Shown here: positions 24,995 through 40,479 of the stretch, piece by piece
Position numbering within the stretch: the first letter of the stretch is position 1
Layout of the letters: each line of letters starts with the position of its first letter
Source of the DNA: Neovahlkampfia damariscottae
Taxonomy: Eukaryota
Assembly (NCBI GenBank): GCA_016618085.1
Contig: JABLTG010000116.1
Coordinates: 1 to 64,000 of the forward strand
Direction: 5' to 3'
Length of the DNA stretch: 64,000 nt
Notes under the pieces: generated by a model
Told to the model about the DNA's origin: nothing
Seen by the model: the letters and a program-made list of their open reading frames with translations, nothing else
Databases searched by the model: none
Position numbers and translations under genes: made by a program

Positions 24995-27900
24995 TTATAG
25001 TTTATATTCATCTTCATTAATAATTTGAAATTTTTCATGAACATGTACATTTTCAAATAATTCATTTTCAATTTGATAACAATTTAAAATTCCATTTGAT
25101 AGACCAATAATAATTTCATTTTTTGATTTAAATTCTAAACATTTAATTGAATTTGATGTCTTTTGAAAAGAATGTATATTTTTAAAATCATATACTCTTT
25201 TAATTGATAATAATCTATTATTTCCACCTTGAATAAAATATTTTGAATTTTCTAAAAATTCAATAGAGTGTAAAATATCATTTGTATTTTCTTTATAAAT
25301 TAATTCACCATTAATTGAATATAAATATAAAAATCTATCTTCAAAAGAATGAATTAAAATATGACCATCATTTGATATTTTTACAATATTTAATTGTTTT
25401 TTATTTGGATGAATAATTTTTCTAATTAAATTACCATTTCTTAAATCATGAATCATACAAATACCGTTAATTGAACCTGATACAACAACATCTAAATCTT
25501 CATTTAAATCTAAAGAAATGATTGGACTTTCATGACCATATAATGTTAAAAATAATGATAATATTTCATTTGTATTTTTAGTTGATAAATTTATATTCCA
25601 TATTTTGATAGTACAATCTTTTGATCCAGATAATAATATTTTACTTTTTTTTGATAATTTTAAACAAGTAACAATATCTTTATGATCAAAAATTGAATTT
25701 AAGATTTTTAATTTATCTTGTAAATTTGATATTTTTATACTTTTATCAAAATGACCACAACTAAATAAATATTTTTCACCACTAATACCAAAACAAGATG
25801 AATTAATAATTGCATCAGATGCATATGGTATACCTAATGATATATTAATAATGGATGTTGGTTTTAATTTTAAATAATTATAAATGTATACTTCTCTATT
25901 CATATTTAAAATATATTGTCTATCATTTTCAAAATGAATAAATATAATTGGTTGATTAATATCTAAAATTTGATTGGTAAAAAATGGATTAATATCATAT
26001 GATCTATTCCAATAGGAAGGTGATTGATATATTTTTAATTTCTTTTTTTTTGGATGAGGCTATATAGTGTGTGTTAATATTATTTTAAATGAAATTTACT
26101 TTAAAAAATAATTGACTTGGAGTTTGACCAAAATTAGATATTTGAGTTTCAAAAGATGCTTTTAAAATTGGATCTTTAATTTCATCAATATCAATCATTC
26201 CTTCATAAGTTAAATAATAAAAAATATTGAATGATTTAACAGCTTCTGGTCCTTTTTGTTTATAACCAAATATTAAATCAATCCATTCATTTAAATGTTG
26301 TGAAACATAATCAGATTCTAATGCATCTCTATTAATTCTAATAAAGTTTTCTGATGAACCATTTGCCCATTTTGGTAAAATAACATCTGATACTATTTCA
26401 TTATTTTGTTTTACACCTAAATTAATATTATTTATATTTTTTAAAAAATCAGGAAAATAATAAAATTCTGGTATTAATTCTTTAACATCAGAAATAGATA
26501 ACATAATATTATTCCAAGTTGATTCAATAGAATGAAATAATCTATCTGGTAAATCAAATTGACCACCTTGTAATGTAATATTTTGATTTGAAAATGGTTC
26601 AATTCTAATTAAATAATATAAAACTGATCCAACACTTGAATAATGTGATCCCCAATGAAACTTTGGTATTGTATCATCAATAAATGATTCATATCTTTCT
26701 TTTACTTCTTGTTTCTTTTTTTCATTTACAATACCAATAGGTTTTGATAAATCTCTATAAATAGATTCATCATTTAAATTTATAGTTTCACTTTTATAAT
26801 CATTTAATATCCATGGAAATATTGGATATTGTGTTAAATCACTATAGGTTCTATTTGCAATAGTATTTAAATTCATTAAATATTCAAAATTTGATATTTC
26901 ATTATTTACCCATTTCTCTGTAATTTTTGATTGTTTTAATAATTTTGATGGTGTTTTATGTTGTAATCCATTCATTTTTAAATTTTTTAAATTTAATTTA
27001 AATATACTATTTATAACTAATTCAATATCATTCTTTTTAAAATTAAAAAAATAATTATATTTTGAATTTAAAAATATTTCGATTCCTGTATATCTTAATA
27101 AATATCTTCTTTTATAAATTTCTATTATTTCATTTAAACTAATTTTAATTTCATTCAATTCTTCATTAAATAATTCTTTTTCATTTTTTATTGTAAAAAA
27201 ATATATATTAGTTGTTGTAATTTCAAACTTTCCTTTAATTAAATTCATTGGTTTAACTAATTCACAATCAATTACACAAATAGTTTCTTCATTCATTTCT
27301 TTTTTATATTTCTCTTTATTTGATGTTTTTAATGATATTCCAATCCAATCTTTTTCTTGTTCAATATCATCTTTTAATGCTGATAATTCATTCTCTTTTT
27401 CAATATTTTCAATTGAATCTTCTTCTTCTGATAAAATTAATTCTTCTTCTTCTTCTTCTTCTTCTTGTTCTTGTTCTCTTTGTTTTATTGGTTTAATAAT
27501 TGTTGATTTCATTAAATTATCAAATGATGATGATGAATCAAACAATTTATCATTTTTTAAATTTGTAAATGAATTTAAATGTCCATTTGGATCAAATATT
27601 AATCTACATCTCATTCTAATTTCATTTTCTTTTGAATCTAAAATGAAATATTTTGGATTATTTGATCTATTAGATGACCAAACATTTTGACCACCATTTT
27701 TCATATTATTTAATTTAATTTTCCATTCATTTAATGTACTTTAAAATTTAATGTTTCAAAATAATCTTACATTAATTTTAATCTTCTTTGATTATCTTTC
27801 CAATTTGATTTTCTATTCAATTCTTCAAAATGTAAATGTTGTTTTTCTCTTAATGATTTTGTTATAAAGTTTTTTAAAGTTAAAGAAGAATCTATAGTGA

Positions 27901-30900
27901 ATAATTTTGTAATTGAATTCTTAAAATTCAATAAATTATTTTGATTTGATTTATTTTTTGAAATTAAATTTTGTATTTCATTTTTTGATTCTTTCATAAA
28001 TTGTAAAATTGGATCGGAATCTAAAATTGGTAAAAATTCAATAGTATAAATTAAAAAGAAATCTTTGTCTGATAAATTATCTTTTAAGATTTGATTTAAT
28101 ATTTTATCAATAATATCTGAATTAAAATCTTTTTGTAATAATTTTTGATTTTTTTTTAAAATTAAAGTTGAAGGTAAAATTAAATTTGATTGATGTTGTT
28201 CTAAACCAATGAATAGTTTTGAAATTGAATAATATATTCTTTGTGAATTAATTTCTTGAGTAAAATAATTTGATTTCCATTCAATTTTTGGTATCCTATC
28301 AGTTTCAATATCCATAATTAATAATGCTAATAATCTTTGAAAATGTTTCTCTTTTTCAATTTCATCTTTATTCAAATATTTTAACAATATTATTTGAAAT
28401 TTTAATAAAATAATAAACATTGTTTGATTTGGATATGATAATTTTGATGTTAATAATGGTGTAAATATACCTTTAACAATAGATTGAAATTTATTAATTT
28501 CATATTCTTGGTAATGTAATATAATCATTACTTCACTATTTTTTATACTTTTCTTTATTAAATAATCAAATAATTTCAAAATATTCTTTAAAATATCTAT
28601 ACATATATCTTCATTCTTCATTTCATATTCAAATTCAAACTCTTCAATAATTTTTAAAAATTGAAATAAATTGATAAAAAAGTATTCATCTCTTTTTAAT
28701 TTAATACTCTTTATAACATTTTCTAAATTCTTTATAATTTGATTTAAATATTTTAATTCAAATATATCTTGTATTTTAATTGGTTCCTTTTGATTAACAT
28801 TTGATTCCATTTTGTCTTCAAGTAGATTCTCTTCTTCTTCTTCTTGTTCAAATGGATTAATATCATCATCATCTTTTTTTTCTTCTTCTTCTTCTTTTTT
28901 TAAAACTTTATAAACATCCAATATTTTTTTAATATTTTTATAACCATCTTTTAAATTAAACAATTCTATTGAAATGATTGATAATATTTCAATAATTAAT
29001 TGATAAATTAAATTTGATTCATTTTTATTTTTTAAAAAAGATATTAAATAATATTCCCAATTATTTGTTGAAAGAAAAGATAAAACATTATCTTTTGATA
29101 TTTTTAATAACATTTTTAAATCAATTAAAAACTTTTCTTTCATTTTTTCATTTTTTAAACTTAATTTAAATAAAATTTGAAATAAGAAAATGAAATTTAA
29201 TTTTGTATGATTATAATTTATAGTATTTAAAATATTTAAACTAATATTATTAGTTATAATTTCTAAAATAGTTGTATATGTTTCTTCATCAAATTCAAAA
29301 TGTTCTAAATAATATTCAATACATAAATCTAAATTATATTCAATTCTATCCGTTTTTTCTAATAATTTACCAATTACTTTCAAAATATATATTCTAACAT
29401 TCTTTTTTTCATGTTGAATTAAAGTTGAAAATGGTACAAAAAATGATTCATCCTTCATATAATTAATTAAATCTGGTATACTTAAATCAATGAATGATAT
29501 TAATATTTTTAATATTTCAATAATAATATCTTGTTCAATTGAATCTAAAATATATTCTATAATTTTTAAATTTAGAAATAAATCTTACTTAAAATAGAAA
29601 TTAATTCATTTTGTTTAATTCCATCTTTTATCATTATTTTAATTAAATCATAAAATTGAACTCTTAAAATATAAATTTCTTTTTTTGATAGAGATATATT
29701 TATATTTTTAATAGTTTCATAAGAATAATAAAAATTTAAAACATCTAATAAATATTGAACATTACAAATTTCTTTAAAGTATTTTAAATTAGATTGTATT
29801 TCTTTTTTTAAAAAATTTATAATTTCAATTTGAATTTCAAATTTACATTTTGACCAAATTTGAAAATTTAAAAATATATGACTATAAAAATGTTTTAAAA
29901 ATTTATCATCATTTTCTGAATTCATTTCAATAATTGATGTTTGATTATCTTTTATAATTTCTAAGAAACCTTGTAATGTTTTAACTGTTTCTAAATTTAA
30001 ATGTTTATTTGTACTTAAAGAATCTAAAATGAATCCTAAAGTACAAAATGAATTATTTTCAATCATTTCAATTTGATTAATTTTTGAATTTTTTAACATT
30101 TCTTTAATTAAACTTAATATTCTTGCACACATTGAATATTCTAATGTCCAATCATTTTCTTTTAATAAATGAAATAATGGAAATAATATCTCAATTCCAC
30201 CAATACAATTTAATGTATTTCTAACATGATATGATACTAATACAATAGTACCTTTTAACATTTTAGCAGATGAATTCTTTTGTTGTGAATTATCAATACA
30301 TATTCTTCCAATACAACTTCTTGGATTAAATAATAAAAATGTTGATGAAAATAAATTCTCCATTCCTGACCAATTAAAATATATTGGATAAGAATCTCCT
30401 CTTTTAAATGTATATTGAAAATCAATACCACATAAATATATATTCTTCATATCTTGATCTTTTAAACATTTATCAAAAAAACAAATGGATGATAATTGAC
30501 CACAAAAACCTTTAACTTGATATTTTGAATGACTATTTTTTAATTAAAATTTAAATATTCTTCTTACAATGGTATATTAGTTCCAATATGACAAAAATTT
30601 AATTCAGAATAAAAATAAGGATAATTAAAATCTGATGTTTCTTTTAATTCACCATCAACATATAATTTTAATATTGATGAAAAAATAAAGTTTTTTAAAT
30701 GAGATATTTGTATTGAATACCATTTATTAGTTTGAAAGAAATGATTAAATGTACATCTATATATTTTACCTGATATTATAGTTTGTATTATTAATCTAGA
30801 ATTTTTAAATAATAATTCTAATGAATTTCCTTTATCATCATAAAAACTAAATATTCTATAACATTCTGATGTTGATGTCTTTTCAAATCTTAACCATGTT

Positions 30901-31616
30901 GAAAATGTATAACTTGAACTTGGAAACTTTAATTTTGTAAATATTAATCCACAATCACTTCCATCAAAATTAAAAAATGAACTTGGATTGCTATTTCTTG
31001 TCATCTTTTTTATATATTCAATTATTAAAGGTGATATATCTTCTCTTAATTCTTTTTGATTTAATCTTAATAATAACTTTAATTCTTTAACTTCAATAGT
31101 ATGTGTTCCAAGTATACCTCTTTTATAAATTATTATTAATAATATTTTATTTTACATCAAAAATACAATCTTTTGAACAACAGAAGATGATAAGTTTTCA
31201 TTTTCATTTAAAATATTAAATATCTTTTGTACAATTCCAATTTGACTAGCTAAAGCACTATCAATTGTACACTCTTCTAATAAGATTATTAATTTTTCTA
31301 AAATTTCCTTTTTTTAAAAAAGTTATATTTTTGTAGTTTCATACATTTTGTTCTGTTTCAGATATTGCAGGTAACATGGAAAGTATAGTTAATAAAACTT
31401 TTGGATTTTTGAAAATATAATTCTTTTGAACATCAAATTTTCCTCCAACAAGCTTGATTCAATCTTTTTAGTTTTTATTTATTTTACTTTGTCAAACAAA
31501 ACTGAAATTACATTTCTTGAAAATTTTTGATTTGAACCAAAAAATGATACCAGATTGTTCACTTCCTGAAGACTTTGGGCATTCTCCAGTTGATTCACAA
31601 AATCTTCAACCTCCAT
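24995..31616 (-). CDS. Neurobeachin/LRBA-like BEACH protein (ConA-like, PH-BEACH, WD40)
   Basis: LVGGKFD N-terminus, [37 protein letters not shown] and FGQTP motifs; WD40 repeats. Confidence 0.93.
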
Positions 31617-31699
31617 TCCATTCAATAATGATTGGTTGATTCAACTTGAGGATTTTTATAAAATAAAAAAGAAAAAATAAAATGAGTTTTTTTATTAAT

Positions 31700-32034
31700 T
31701 TAATGACTAGCCTTTTTGGCAACCATTGAAACTATCATACCTGCACCACCTAAAATAAAAAATACAGCATGATATCCTGCTGCTATAAAGCACGAAGCTG
31801 CTTTTTGATATTTATCATTTGATATATCTTTCGCTAATGCAAAAGAATATGAATCAATTGCGATTAAAGTTCCAAAGAATGACTTTTTGTAATTAGTTTT
31901 CTAAAATAAATTTACCAAAATAACAAGACCAAGTGCACCCATAAGAAGTAATGCACCGGAGACTATATTTTAATAATCAAATAAATATGGTTACTTATAG
32001 GACAATAAGATGTGAGAAAAGTGCTCTTTGCCAT
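31700..32034 (-). CDS. Small two-TM protein resembling RNASEK / V-ATPase subunit f, 2 introns (not in ORF track)
   Basis: Spliced product has two hydrophobic helices and ASCFIAAGY, similar to the RNASEK NCFIAAGLY motif. Confidence 0.55.
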
Positions 32035-32127
32035 TTTGTGTATTTTTGTTTGAAGGATGAAGATGATTGGATAAAAATAGTTAAACTTTTTTGGATTTTC
32101 GGAAGGAACAATATGAAAAAATAAAAT

Positions 32128-35100
32128 TTAATTTTGAGATGATTTAAATATATCCTGAATCTCTAGTACAATATTTTGTGGTAATTTTTGAATTTCATTT
32201 CTAAATTGATTTGGAGATGAAGTTGCAACTCTTGTGAAACATTCTATTTCAAAGAAATGAGTTAATTTTTGAATTTACGTTGACACAATTTGTTTAATAT
32301 CACAATGTTATTATTTGATGAAAATCTAAATAAAATTAATAAAATTGGAATCATTAAAGATAAAAAGTTCGAAATATTCTTTTGTTCAATTAAAGAGAAT
32401 GAAGCTAATAAGATATTAATTCCACAACAAATTGAATTTATCAAATGTTTTGAAATCATTTGATTATTTTTTGAAATTTGAATTAAAAATTGATACAAGA
32501 ATGGACAAATTTGACCAAGATAATGAATAGATAAATTTGAATAACCTTGTCTTTTGTAAAAGATTAATCTTTTGAATAAAATAATATTTACCTTGCTAAA
32601 AAGACAATACCATTTTGAATACCTTTTAAAATTAAATATAAATTTAGTTCATTAAATTCAATATTTAAATTATTTGTTAATATTAATATTGAATATTGAT
32701 GTATTTCAATATCATTTTCATTTAAATTAAAATGAAAAGATAACAAAATGAATAATATTTCAATTTCAAAAGAAGATTGAATTTTTTGATTTTGAATTCT
32801 ATTTATTAGAATATGATTAATTAATATATCTAATAAATTTAAATTTGAATTTAAATCTAAATTTAATTTCATTGAATTTAATAATAAAAGTAAAACATCA
32901 ATTATATTTTTACTAATATTTTCATTATTAAAATATTCAATCATTTTTATTAAAATAAAACTGATATTTGAATAATTTGATTTTGTTAATTTAAATTTTT
33001 CAAACAATAATTTTAATAAATTCAAATTATTTATAATTACATTCTCATTTTTAATATCATTAATTATCCATTGATTTTGAAGTGTATTATCAAATAATAA
33101 TGGAAAATTAAATTTTAAAGAATTTAAAATAATTTCAATAATTGAATTTACAATATGAAATTCTGATATTTTTGAATCTTTAAATTTTATATTTTTTAAA
33201 ATGGATTCTATTAAATATTCAAAATTTAAATTTGATGGTAATTTAATTAAACAAAGTAATATTTCAAAACATATTGACTATTAAATTTAGTAAAATAATA
33301 ATTTAGATTTACAGGAGAAGTAATAGATTCACAAAATGAAGTTGAATTTAAAATTAAATTAATTGAATTTAAACAAGAATTTAAAATATCTTTCTCTTTT
33401 GAATTATATAATTGAAATAAAGATAAACCAATAATTAAAATATTTTCATTTTCATTTTGATGTAATGAAATTAAAGATAATGATTCTAAAATAAAATGAA
33501 ATGAACTTTTAAAATAATTAAATATTTCATTTTGAGTTCCATCATTATAAAAATAAAACATATCATTAAATTCTTGTTTCATTATCCAATCACTATTAAT
33601 TGAATTTAAAATAGATACATCTCTTCTTGTTATTTTTAATTTTAAATCATCTTTTAAAAAATTAAAAAAATGATATTTTAAAGGTTCAATTAACGGTTGT
33701 AATATATTTAATAAAACTAAATTCTCATTTTTAATTGATGATGTAATTAATATTGAATAAGTTTTTAATATTTCTATTTTTAAAATAGATGTTGAAATAT
33801 CACCAAAATTATTTAAAATTGAAGATGATTTAGAATTAATATTCAAAATATCAATTGGAAAGAAATTAAAAAATAATTTTGATATTCTAATTAATGTTTT
33901 TTCTTGATTCAATAAAAGTAAAGATGGAAAAAATATTGAAATAAAATCACAAATTGAAATAAATAATAAATAAGATGATGATACTTTAGATTTTTCAATT
34001 AATTTTTGTAATGCAGAAATAAAATGAATAGTAAAATCATTCAAAATTAATTCATCATTTTCATCTTTCTTTTCACCATATAATATTAAAATTTGTTTAA
34101 AGATATTTATAGACTTAATTTGAATTAAAATGGATTCAATTGAAATTGTAAAATTTAAAATATAAATAATTTCATTCAAATAATGATTATCCAATAATTC
34201 ATTTTTATAAATATTTAAAAATAGATTTAAAACTTCCAATAAAAATAGTTTCGTTTTAAAATTATAATTTTCTTTTTTTTCTTTTAAAATTAATTTAAAT
34301 AAAGTTATTAAGTAATTAATTGGTATTATTTTTAATTTAATTTGAAATGAAATTAATTCTTTAAAAGAAGATATTTCCTTTTCCTTTTTTGATTCATTTA
34401 AATAATCAAACAATAAATTTAAATTAAAATTATTTAAAATTAAAGATTGATTTGTTTTTGAAATAACATTTAAACAATCTATTGTAGATTGTCTTAATTT
34501 TTTATTTTTTAAAAATAATTTTAAATGAGGTAATATTTGATTAATTTTAATTAAATTTGGAGAAATAATGATTGATCTTTCAATTAAATTTATAGATTCA
34601 ATATTAATTAAATAGTTTGATGAATTTAAAAAGTCATTTAAAAAGAATTCAAATAATTTAACTAAATATTTCTTTTTTAAAATATCATTACCAAATACAC
34701 CTAAAAATGAATGTAAATTCTTTGCTGATAATAATAAAATATGTTTATCTGAAGATTTAATTGAAAATATTAACATTGATAATAATTGTGTAATAGATTC
34801 AATATAAGGTGTAAATGAAACACCAATAGATTCACTAATTAACCATAATGATTCAAGAGATGCACTTTGTAATTCAATTAAATTTGATCTACAAAATGTT
34901 TGTAATAATGAAACAGTTGAAGGTAAAAGTATTTGAGATTTCATTGATAAACTTGAATTTACTTTACCTAATGCTAATGCATATCCAATTCTAATTGGAC
35001 CACTTCCATTTATTAATTTTTCATTTGATCTTTTAATTAAATCTTCTAATATTACATTACCCAATAAAATAGATAAATAACCCATTGATTCAGATGAACA

Positions 35101-37805
35101 TTTTCTTATTTTTGAATTTGAATGACCTAAACAAGCATTTAAAATTGCATGAATATTCATTAAATAAATTTCATCTTCTTTTTCAATTTTTAATTTATTT
35201 TCTTTTAATATTTTTAATATAATATTTACACATGCAGATACATTTGTAAAAATTAAAAGATTTTCTTCTTTATTTGAAATTGATTTTAATTGAATAATTA
35301 ATTGATCAATAATTTGTATTTTTGAATTTAATTTATGATTTGGAAATATATTTCCTAACATTAAAATTGAATGATCAACACATCTAATTGATACAGATTT
35401 AATATTATTAAATATAAAATTATTTGTATTCTTTAAAATATCAAATGGTATAAATTCAAATTTAGATGATTTAAAATATTGATTTAATTTAATTTCATTA
35501 TTATTTTCATCATCAAATTTATCTAATAATGATGTTTTTATACCACTTATAGATCCATCAGATTGTGCAAATCCTAATTTAGTTATAAAATTAAATATAT
35601 GTTTATTTATTAAATTATTTGGTAATAATTCAAATATTTTAAATAAATTTAATTTTAAAAGATTAATAGAAAAAGTTTCTTCTTTTGATTTTGGTATATA
35701 ATCATTTGGTAATGTTTCTAATATTTTAATTATTTTTGATAAATATTTTAAAATTATATTTAAATAATCTTCATTTTTTGATTGTATATCTTTACATTTC
35801 TTTAAAAATTGATGAATAGATAATAAACAAGATGAATGTATTCTATAATTAAAATAATTTAAATTTAAAAATAATTTTGAATTAAATATTTTATCCCATG
35901 AATCAAATATCTTTTCAATATGAAGTTTAATCCAACTATTTTAATAATAAATATAATGAACATTCTTACTCTTCTGATAATGACATTAAAGATGAAATTA
36001 AAATAAATGATGATTCTAATTTCTTCATTATAATAAATGGATAAGATTCAATATTCTTTAAAGAATTAGTTGAAGATAATATTAATATAGCAGTATCTAA
36101 ACATGCTGAATTTAAATTATTAGATTCAGAATATTCAATTTCTAAACTAGTTGATATTAATGATGATAATGCAATAGAATGTCCAAATAATGTTTTAGAA
36201 TACTTTTCATGAATATAATGTTTATCTTTATTCATTTGTAATTCCATTGTTAATTCTGCATAATCAATTTGAACTAATCCTAAAAGTGCTGATATTAAAT
36301 TAGATGTTTGAAATGGTAATGATTCAGATAAACATCTAATAGTTAATGTTGCACTAAATTGAATAGATTCATTTTTATGTTTTAAACAATTTAAAATAGA
36401 TTCTAATATTATATCTTTTTTTAAAATAATAATTTCATTTAATTCTTTAATTAAATTTGATATTTCTTTTAAAATACAATTTAAAGAATATTCATTATTA
36501 AAATGTATATTTATCATTGAACATAAAATTGAAATTAAATTTAATTTTCCATTTTCATTAAATTTATTAGATATTCCAAATCTAATTATATTTCCAATTA
36601 AATGTTCCATATGTAATATACTATTATCATTTAAAGTACCACTTAATGTATTACCAACACCAACACCACCATTACCAACACCAACACCAACACCACTTAA
36701 ACTACTACCTAAACTACCAACTATATTATTTGATGAATATATTTTTGGATTAGATAATAAACCAAATAAATGTGATATAGTTAAATCTAAATTTAATTCA
36801 ATTATATTTTGTTCAAATTTCTTTAAAAAATGAATAACTGATATTGAAATAGATTCTCTAAATAAATTTGAATTTGCTTTAAAAAATAAACTTGTTAATG
36901 AAAATAATGATGTTGTAAAATTAAATATTTTAAATTTTAAATTTTTCATTTTTTTCATTTCTTCTTCTTCTTGTTCATTTTTTGGTGTAATATTAGATAT
37001 CATTTCACCATATGAAATTGAATAATTATTTAATATTTCATGTTCAATTTCTTCTTCCATTCTTTGTATACAAAAATTAGATACTTTTTCAAAATATTTT
37101 GAACCTGCATCTTTTAATTCAATTTTATAGGATATAGTTTTTAAACATTCACTTATTTGTAATCCAATCTTTTTATTATTTAATAGTATACCTTCTATTA
37201 AAAATTCAAAAGTTTCATTAAAATCTAATGATATTCTTTAAAAGATGAATGTTTAGTTTGTATCACACTTACTTTGGATGATTCTTTAAATATGAATTAA
37301 TAAGAACAAAAATAGATTCAATAGTTGTTTCATCATTCATTTTCCATATTCTCCATAATAATGTTTTAATGGTTGAAAATTTAGGCATTGAACTAAAATT
37401 AATATCATACATTTTTGATAAACAAAATATAATAAAACTTTGTTTTGGAATTGTATAATTAATTGATTGTAATATTTTTATCAACTTTCCATTCGTTTTT
37501 CCAATTAAACTTGGATTATTTTCATATAAAACTTTAATACATCTAATTAAACATCTACGAACAACTAAAACATCAACTGGTGCTTTATCTGATATAATTG
37601 CATTTAATATAACACCTTCTATTTCACTATAATTAACAGGATTAGTTTTTGATGGTTTTGGTAAGTCTTCAATTTGAACTCTTAAAGTATCAAATAATAT
37701 TAGTACTCCTTTCACAAATTCAAATCCTTTTTTATCTGTTGAAAAAAGAATTTGTAATTCTTTGATGGTATTACTTATTTGTTTGGTTGTATCTTCTTTT
37801 GACAT
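32128..37805 (-). CDS. Large HEAT-repeat protein, HEATR5/Laa1/SWEETIE-like
   Basis: Long helical repeats; IRKCSSESMGYL, RIGYALALG and SVSIRCVDHSILMLGNIFP. Confidence 0.7.
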
Positions 37806-37865
37806 CAGTTTCAAAAAACAAACAAAAAAAGAAAATTAAATTTGATTGGATAAAAAAGTACAATT

Positions 37866-38813
37866 TTATTGTAAAGTTAAATATTCATCTACAACTTTTT
37901 GAAGATTACCTTTATATTTGTTTAAAAGGAATGTTGATAATGATTTATTTGTGAATCCCATATTTTCTAAAATTTGATAGTGAACTGAATATTGTTCTAA
38001 TTCTTCAACTTTTTCAACTTTAACAATTGGTTCTTCAACTTTTTCTTCTTTTTCTTCTACAGATTGTAATTCAACTTTTTCTTCTTTAATTTCTTCTTGT
38101 TTTGAATTTTCAAATGAATGGACAGTGTTATTATCTTCATCAATAATGTGAGTCATTACATTTGTGAATGGAATTTGTTTGTGAAAAACTGATTTTTTGA
38201 TACCTTCAAAATTATGTTTTCTATTAAAATGTGTTGAAGTTTTGAAACAATCTTGACAGAGATCATAGTCTTCACAGTCTAAACATTGATATCTAATTCC
38301 CTTAATATCTCTTTTATTACATTGATCACAGATAATGTGATAGTGTACAACTTCTTCTTGTGGAAGATTTTCTGAATCCAATGTAACATTGTTTCCTTTT
38401 AAGAAATCATCAATTTGTTTTGAATTCAATTCTAAAACTAAGTCTCCTTCTTTGGTTGCAAAATCCCATTTTCCATCTTTAGCATTTTGAACATTCTTGA
38501 TTCCTGGAATAGCTGATGATGTTTTTTTTGTTTTTTTTTGTTCAACTTTTTTGTCTCCTTTCATTTTTAAACGTAAAACTTCTGAAACGTTATGATGTAA
38601 AATAGCTTCGTTCCATTCGACTTCAGTAGTGAAAGTAACATAATCATCTTCTTCATCTAAATATTGAAATACTGGTGTTTTATTCCCTTCAAATTTCTTT
38701 GGGCAGAATCCTTTGACTATTTCTAAGATTTCTTCATACTTTGTAGTTGTAGAAATTGTGAAGCGTCTGATATTTTCACCATAATATAATTTAACTCTGA
38801 TGTTTTGTACCAT
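37866..38813 (-). CDS. p62/NBR1-like autophagy receptor (PB1-ZZ-UBA), intronless
   Basis: PB1 (IRRF, YLDEEDDYV); ZZ finger (CDQC..IKGIRYQCLDCEDYDLC); UBA (LENMGF). Confidence 0.88.
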   Translation of the reverse strand: MVQNIRVKLYYGENIRRFTISTTTKYEEILEIVKGFCPKKFEGNKTPVFQYLDEEDDYVTFTTEVEWNEAILHHNVSEVLRLKMKGDKKVEQKKTKKTSSAIPGIKNVQNAKDGKWDFATKEGDLVLELNSKQIDDFLKGNNVTLDSENLPQEEVVHYHIICDQCNKRDIKGIRYQCLDCEDYDLCQDCFKTSTHFNRKHNFEGIKKSVFHKQIPFTNVMTHIIDEDNNTVHSFENSKQEEIKEEKVELQSVEEKEEKVEEPIVKVEKVEELEQYSVHYQILENMGFTNKSLSTFLLNKYKGNLQKVVDEYLTLQ

Positions 38814-38952
38814 TGCGAAGTGAAGTCTTTTTTCTTTTTTTCAAAGCTTAAATTGATTTGATTTCTAAAAATATACTACTTCCTATTGGTCTTCTTATTT
38901 TAGATCAGTTACATTTGGCCAATCAAAAAAATTAGAATCAAAATTTTTCCGA

Positions 38953-39491
38953 ATGGATGATGATTATTTTATGAATCTTGCCATTGAGCAAGCAAAAAAA
39001 AGTCTAAGTGAAGGTGTAATAATCTTAAAAAGTTAATCAATCAGGTTTTTCTTCATTTTTTTTTTTTACAATTGGATCAAGGGAATTCCAATCGGATCTT
39101 GTTTAGTAATAGATAATAAAGTAATTGGAAAAGGTCACAATCAAAGAATCCAAAAAAAATCATCAATATTACATGCTGAAATGGATTGCTTCGAAAATGC
39201 TGGCAGATTAACAGCAAAAGAATATGAAAAATCGACTCTCTTTTCAACTTTGAGTCCGTAAGATCACTTGTATTTAAAACAAATAGTTGTGATATGTGCT
39301 CTGGTACATCTTTACTCTACAAAATTCCAAGAATAGTCATTGGTGAAAACAAAACGTTTAAAGGTCCAGAAGAATACCTTGAAAAGAGAGGAGTTAAAAT
39401 TAAAAATTTAGACAATAATGTTTGTAAAGAATTAATGGAAAATTTCATAAACAACAATTCAAAATTATGGAATGAAGACATTGGAGAATAA
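38953..39491 (+). CDS. Cytosine deaminase (yeast FCY1 type)
   Basis: EGGIPIG, HAEMDC, LSPCDMCSG and LWNEDIGE motifs. Confidence 0.93.
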
Positions 39492-39571
39492 TTAGAAAAA
39501 TAATAAAATAATAAATTCACAAGTCGATTTCATTGGTCAAATATTTTTGTTCGAAAAAAAAACCTGGGTCC

Positions 39572-40451
39572 ATGATGAAAAGAGTAACGAAACAGATTTC
39601 CAAATCTTTAAAACCATTAAATTCTAGTTCACAAACTAGATATTATTCAGATGATAACAAACAAGTAGCTGTTATTCTCTCAGGTATATTTTATATTTAT
39701 TTACATGTTAAACATAAGGTTGTGGTTTTCTTGATGGAAGTGATGTTCAAGAAACAGTTTCTTTTGGAATAAACTTAAAAAGAAAAGGAATTGATGTAAC
39801 TTATTTTGCACCAACTGAAGAAATTGACGAATCTTTCAACTATACAACAAGAGCAGTTGATAAAGTTGAAGAAAGATATCCATTAAAAGAATCAACAAGA
39901 ATTACTAGAACACCTGTCATGGATATTAAAAAATTGAAACATGACAAATATTCATCTTTAATCATTCCAGGTAAAAATAAATAACTTTTAACAACTTTAA
40001 AAGGTGGTGATGGAGCAATTAGAAATCTTAGTAATTTTGAACTTGTCACAAAAACAAAAAGAAATTTATTAGAAGAACTTGAAGTTCATTCTGAAATTGA
40101 AAGAGTAATTAAAGAATTTCATAGTAATTCAAAAACAATGATATTATGTGCTTTTTCACCAATGTTAGCATGTAAAGTGTTAGGAAAGAGTTCAAAAGGA
40201 CCAGGTGTTCAAGTAAATATGATTTCTTTTTTTTTGTTCTAATTTTTAAGGTTACTTTTGGAGAAGAAGATCCACAATTAAAAGATGCATCAAATTTATT
40301 AGGAAATGAAATTATTAATTTAACAAAAGGAACTGAATATGTATTTGATGAAAATAATAAAATTATTTCAACACCACTTTTTAATTTTTCAACAAATACA
40401 ATTGAAGAAGTACATACAACTATTAAAAAATTAGTAGATAAATTTTTATAA
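39572..40451 (+). CDS. Mitochondrial ES1/GATD3 (ElbB, DJ-1/PfpI superfamily)-like protein, 3 introns
   Basis: VAVILSGCGFLDGSDVQE, IIPGGDGAIRNLS and NKIISTP motifs; basic presequence. Confidence 0.85.
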
Positions 40452-40479
40452 AAAAAAAAAAAAAAAATAAAAATAATTT

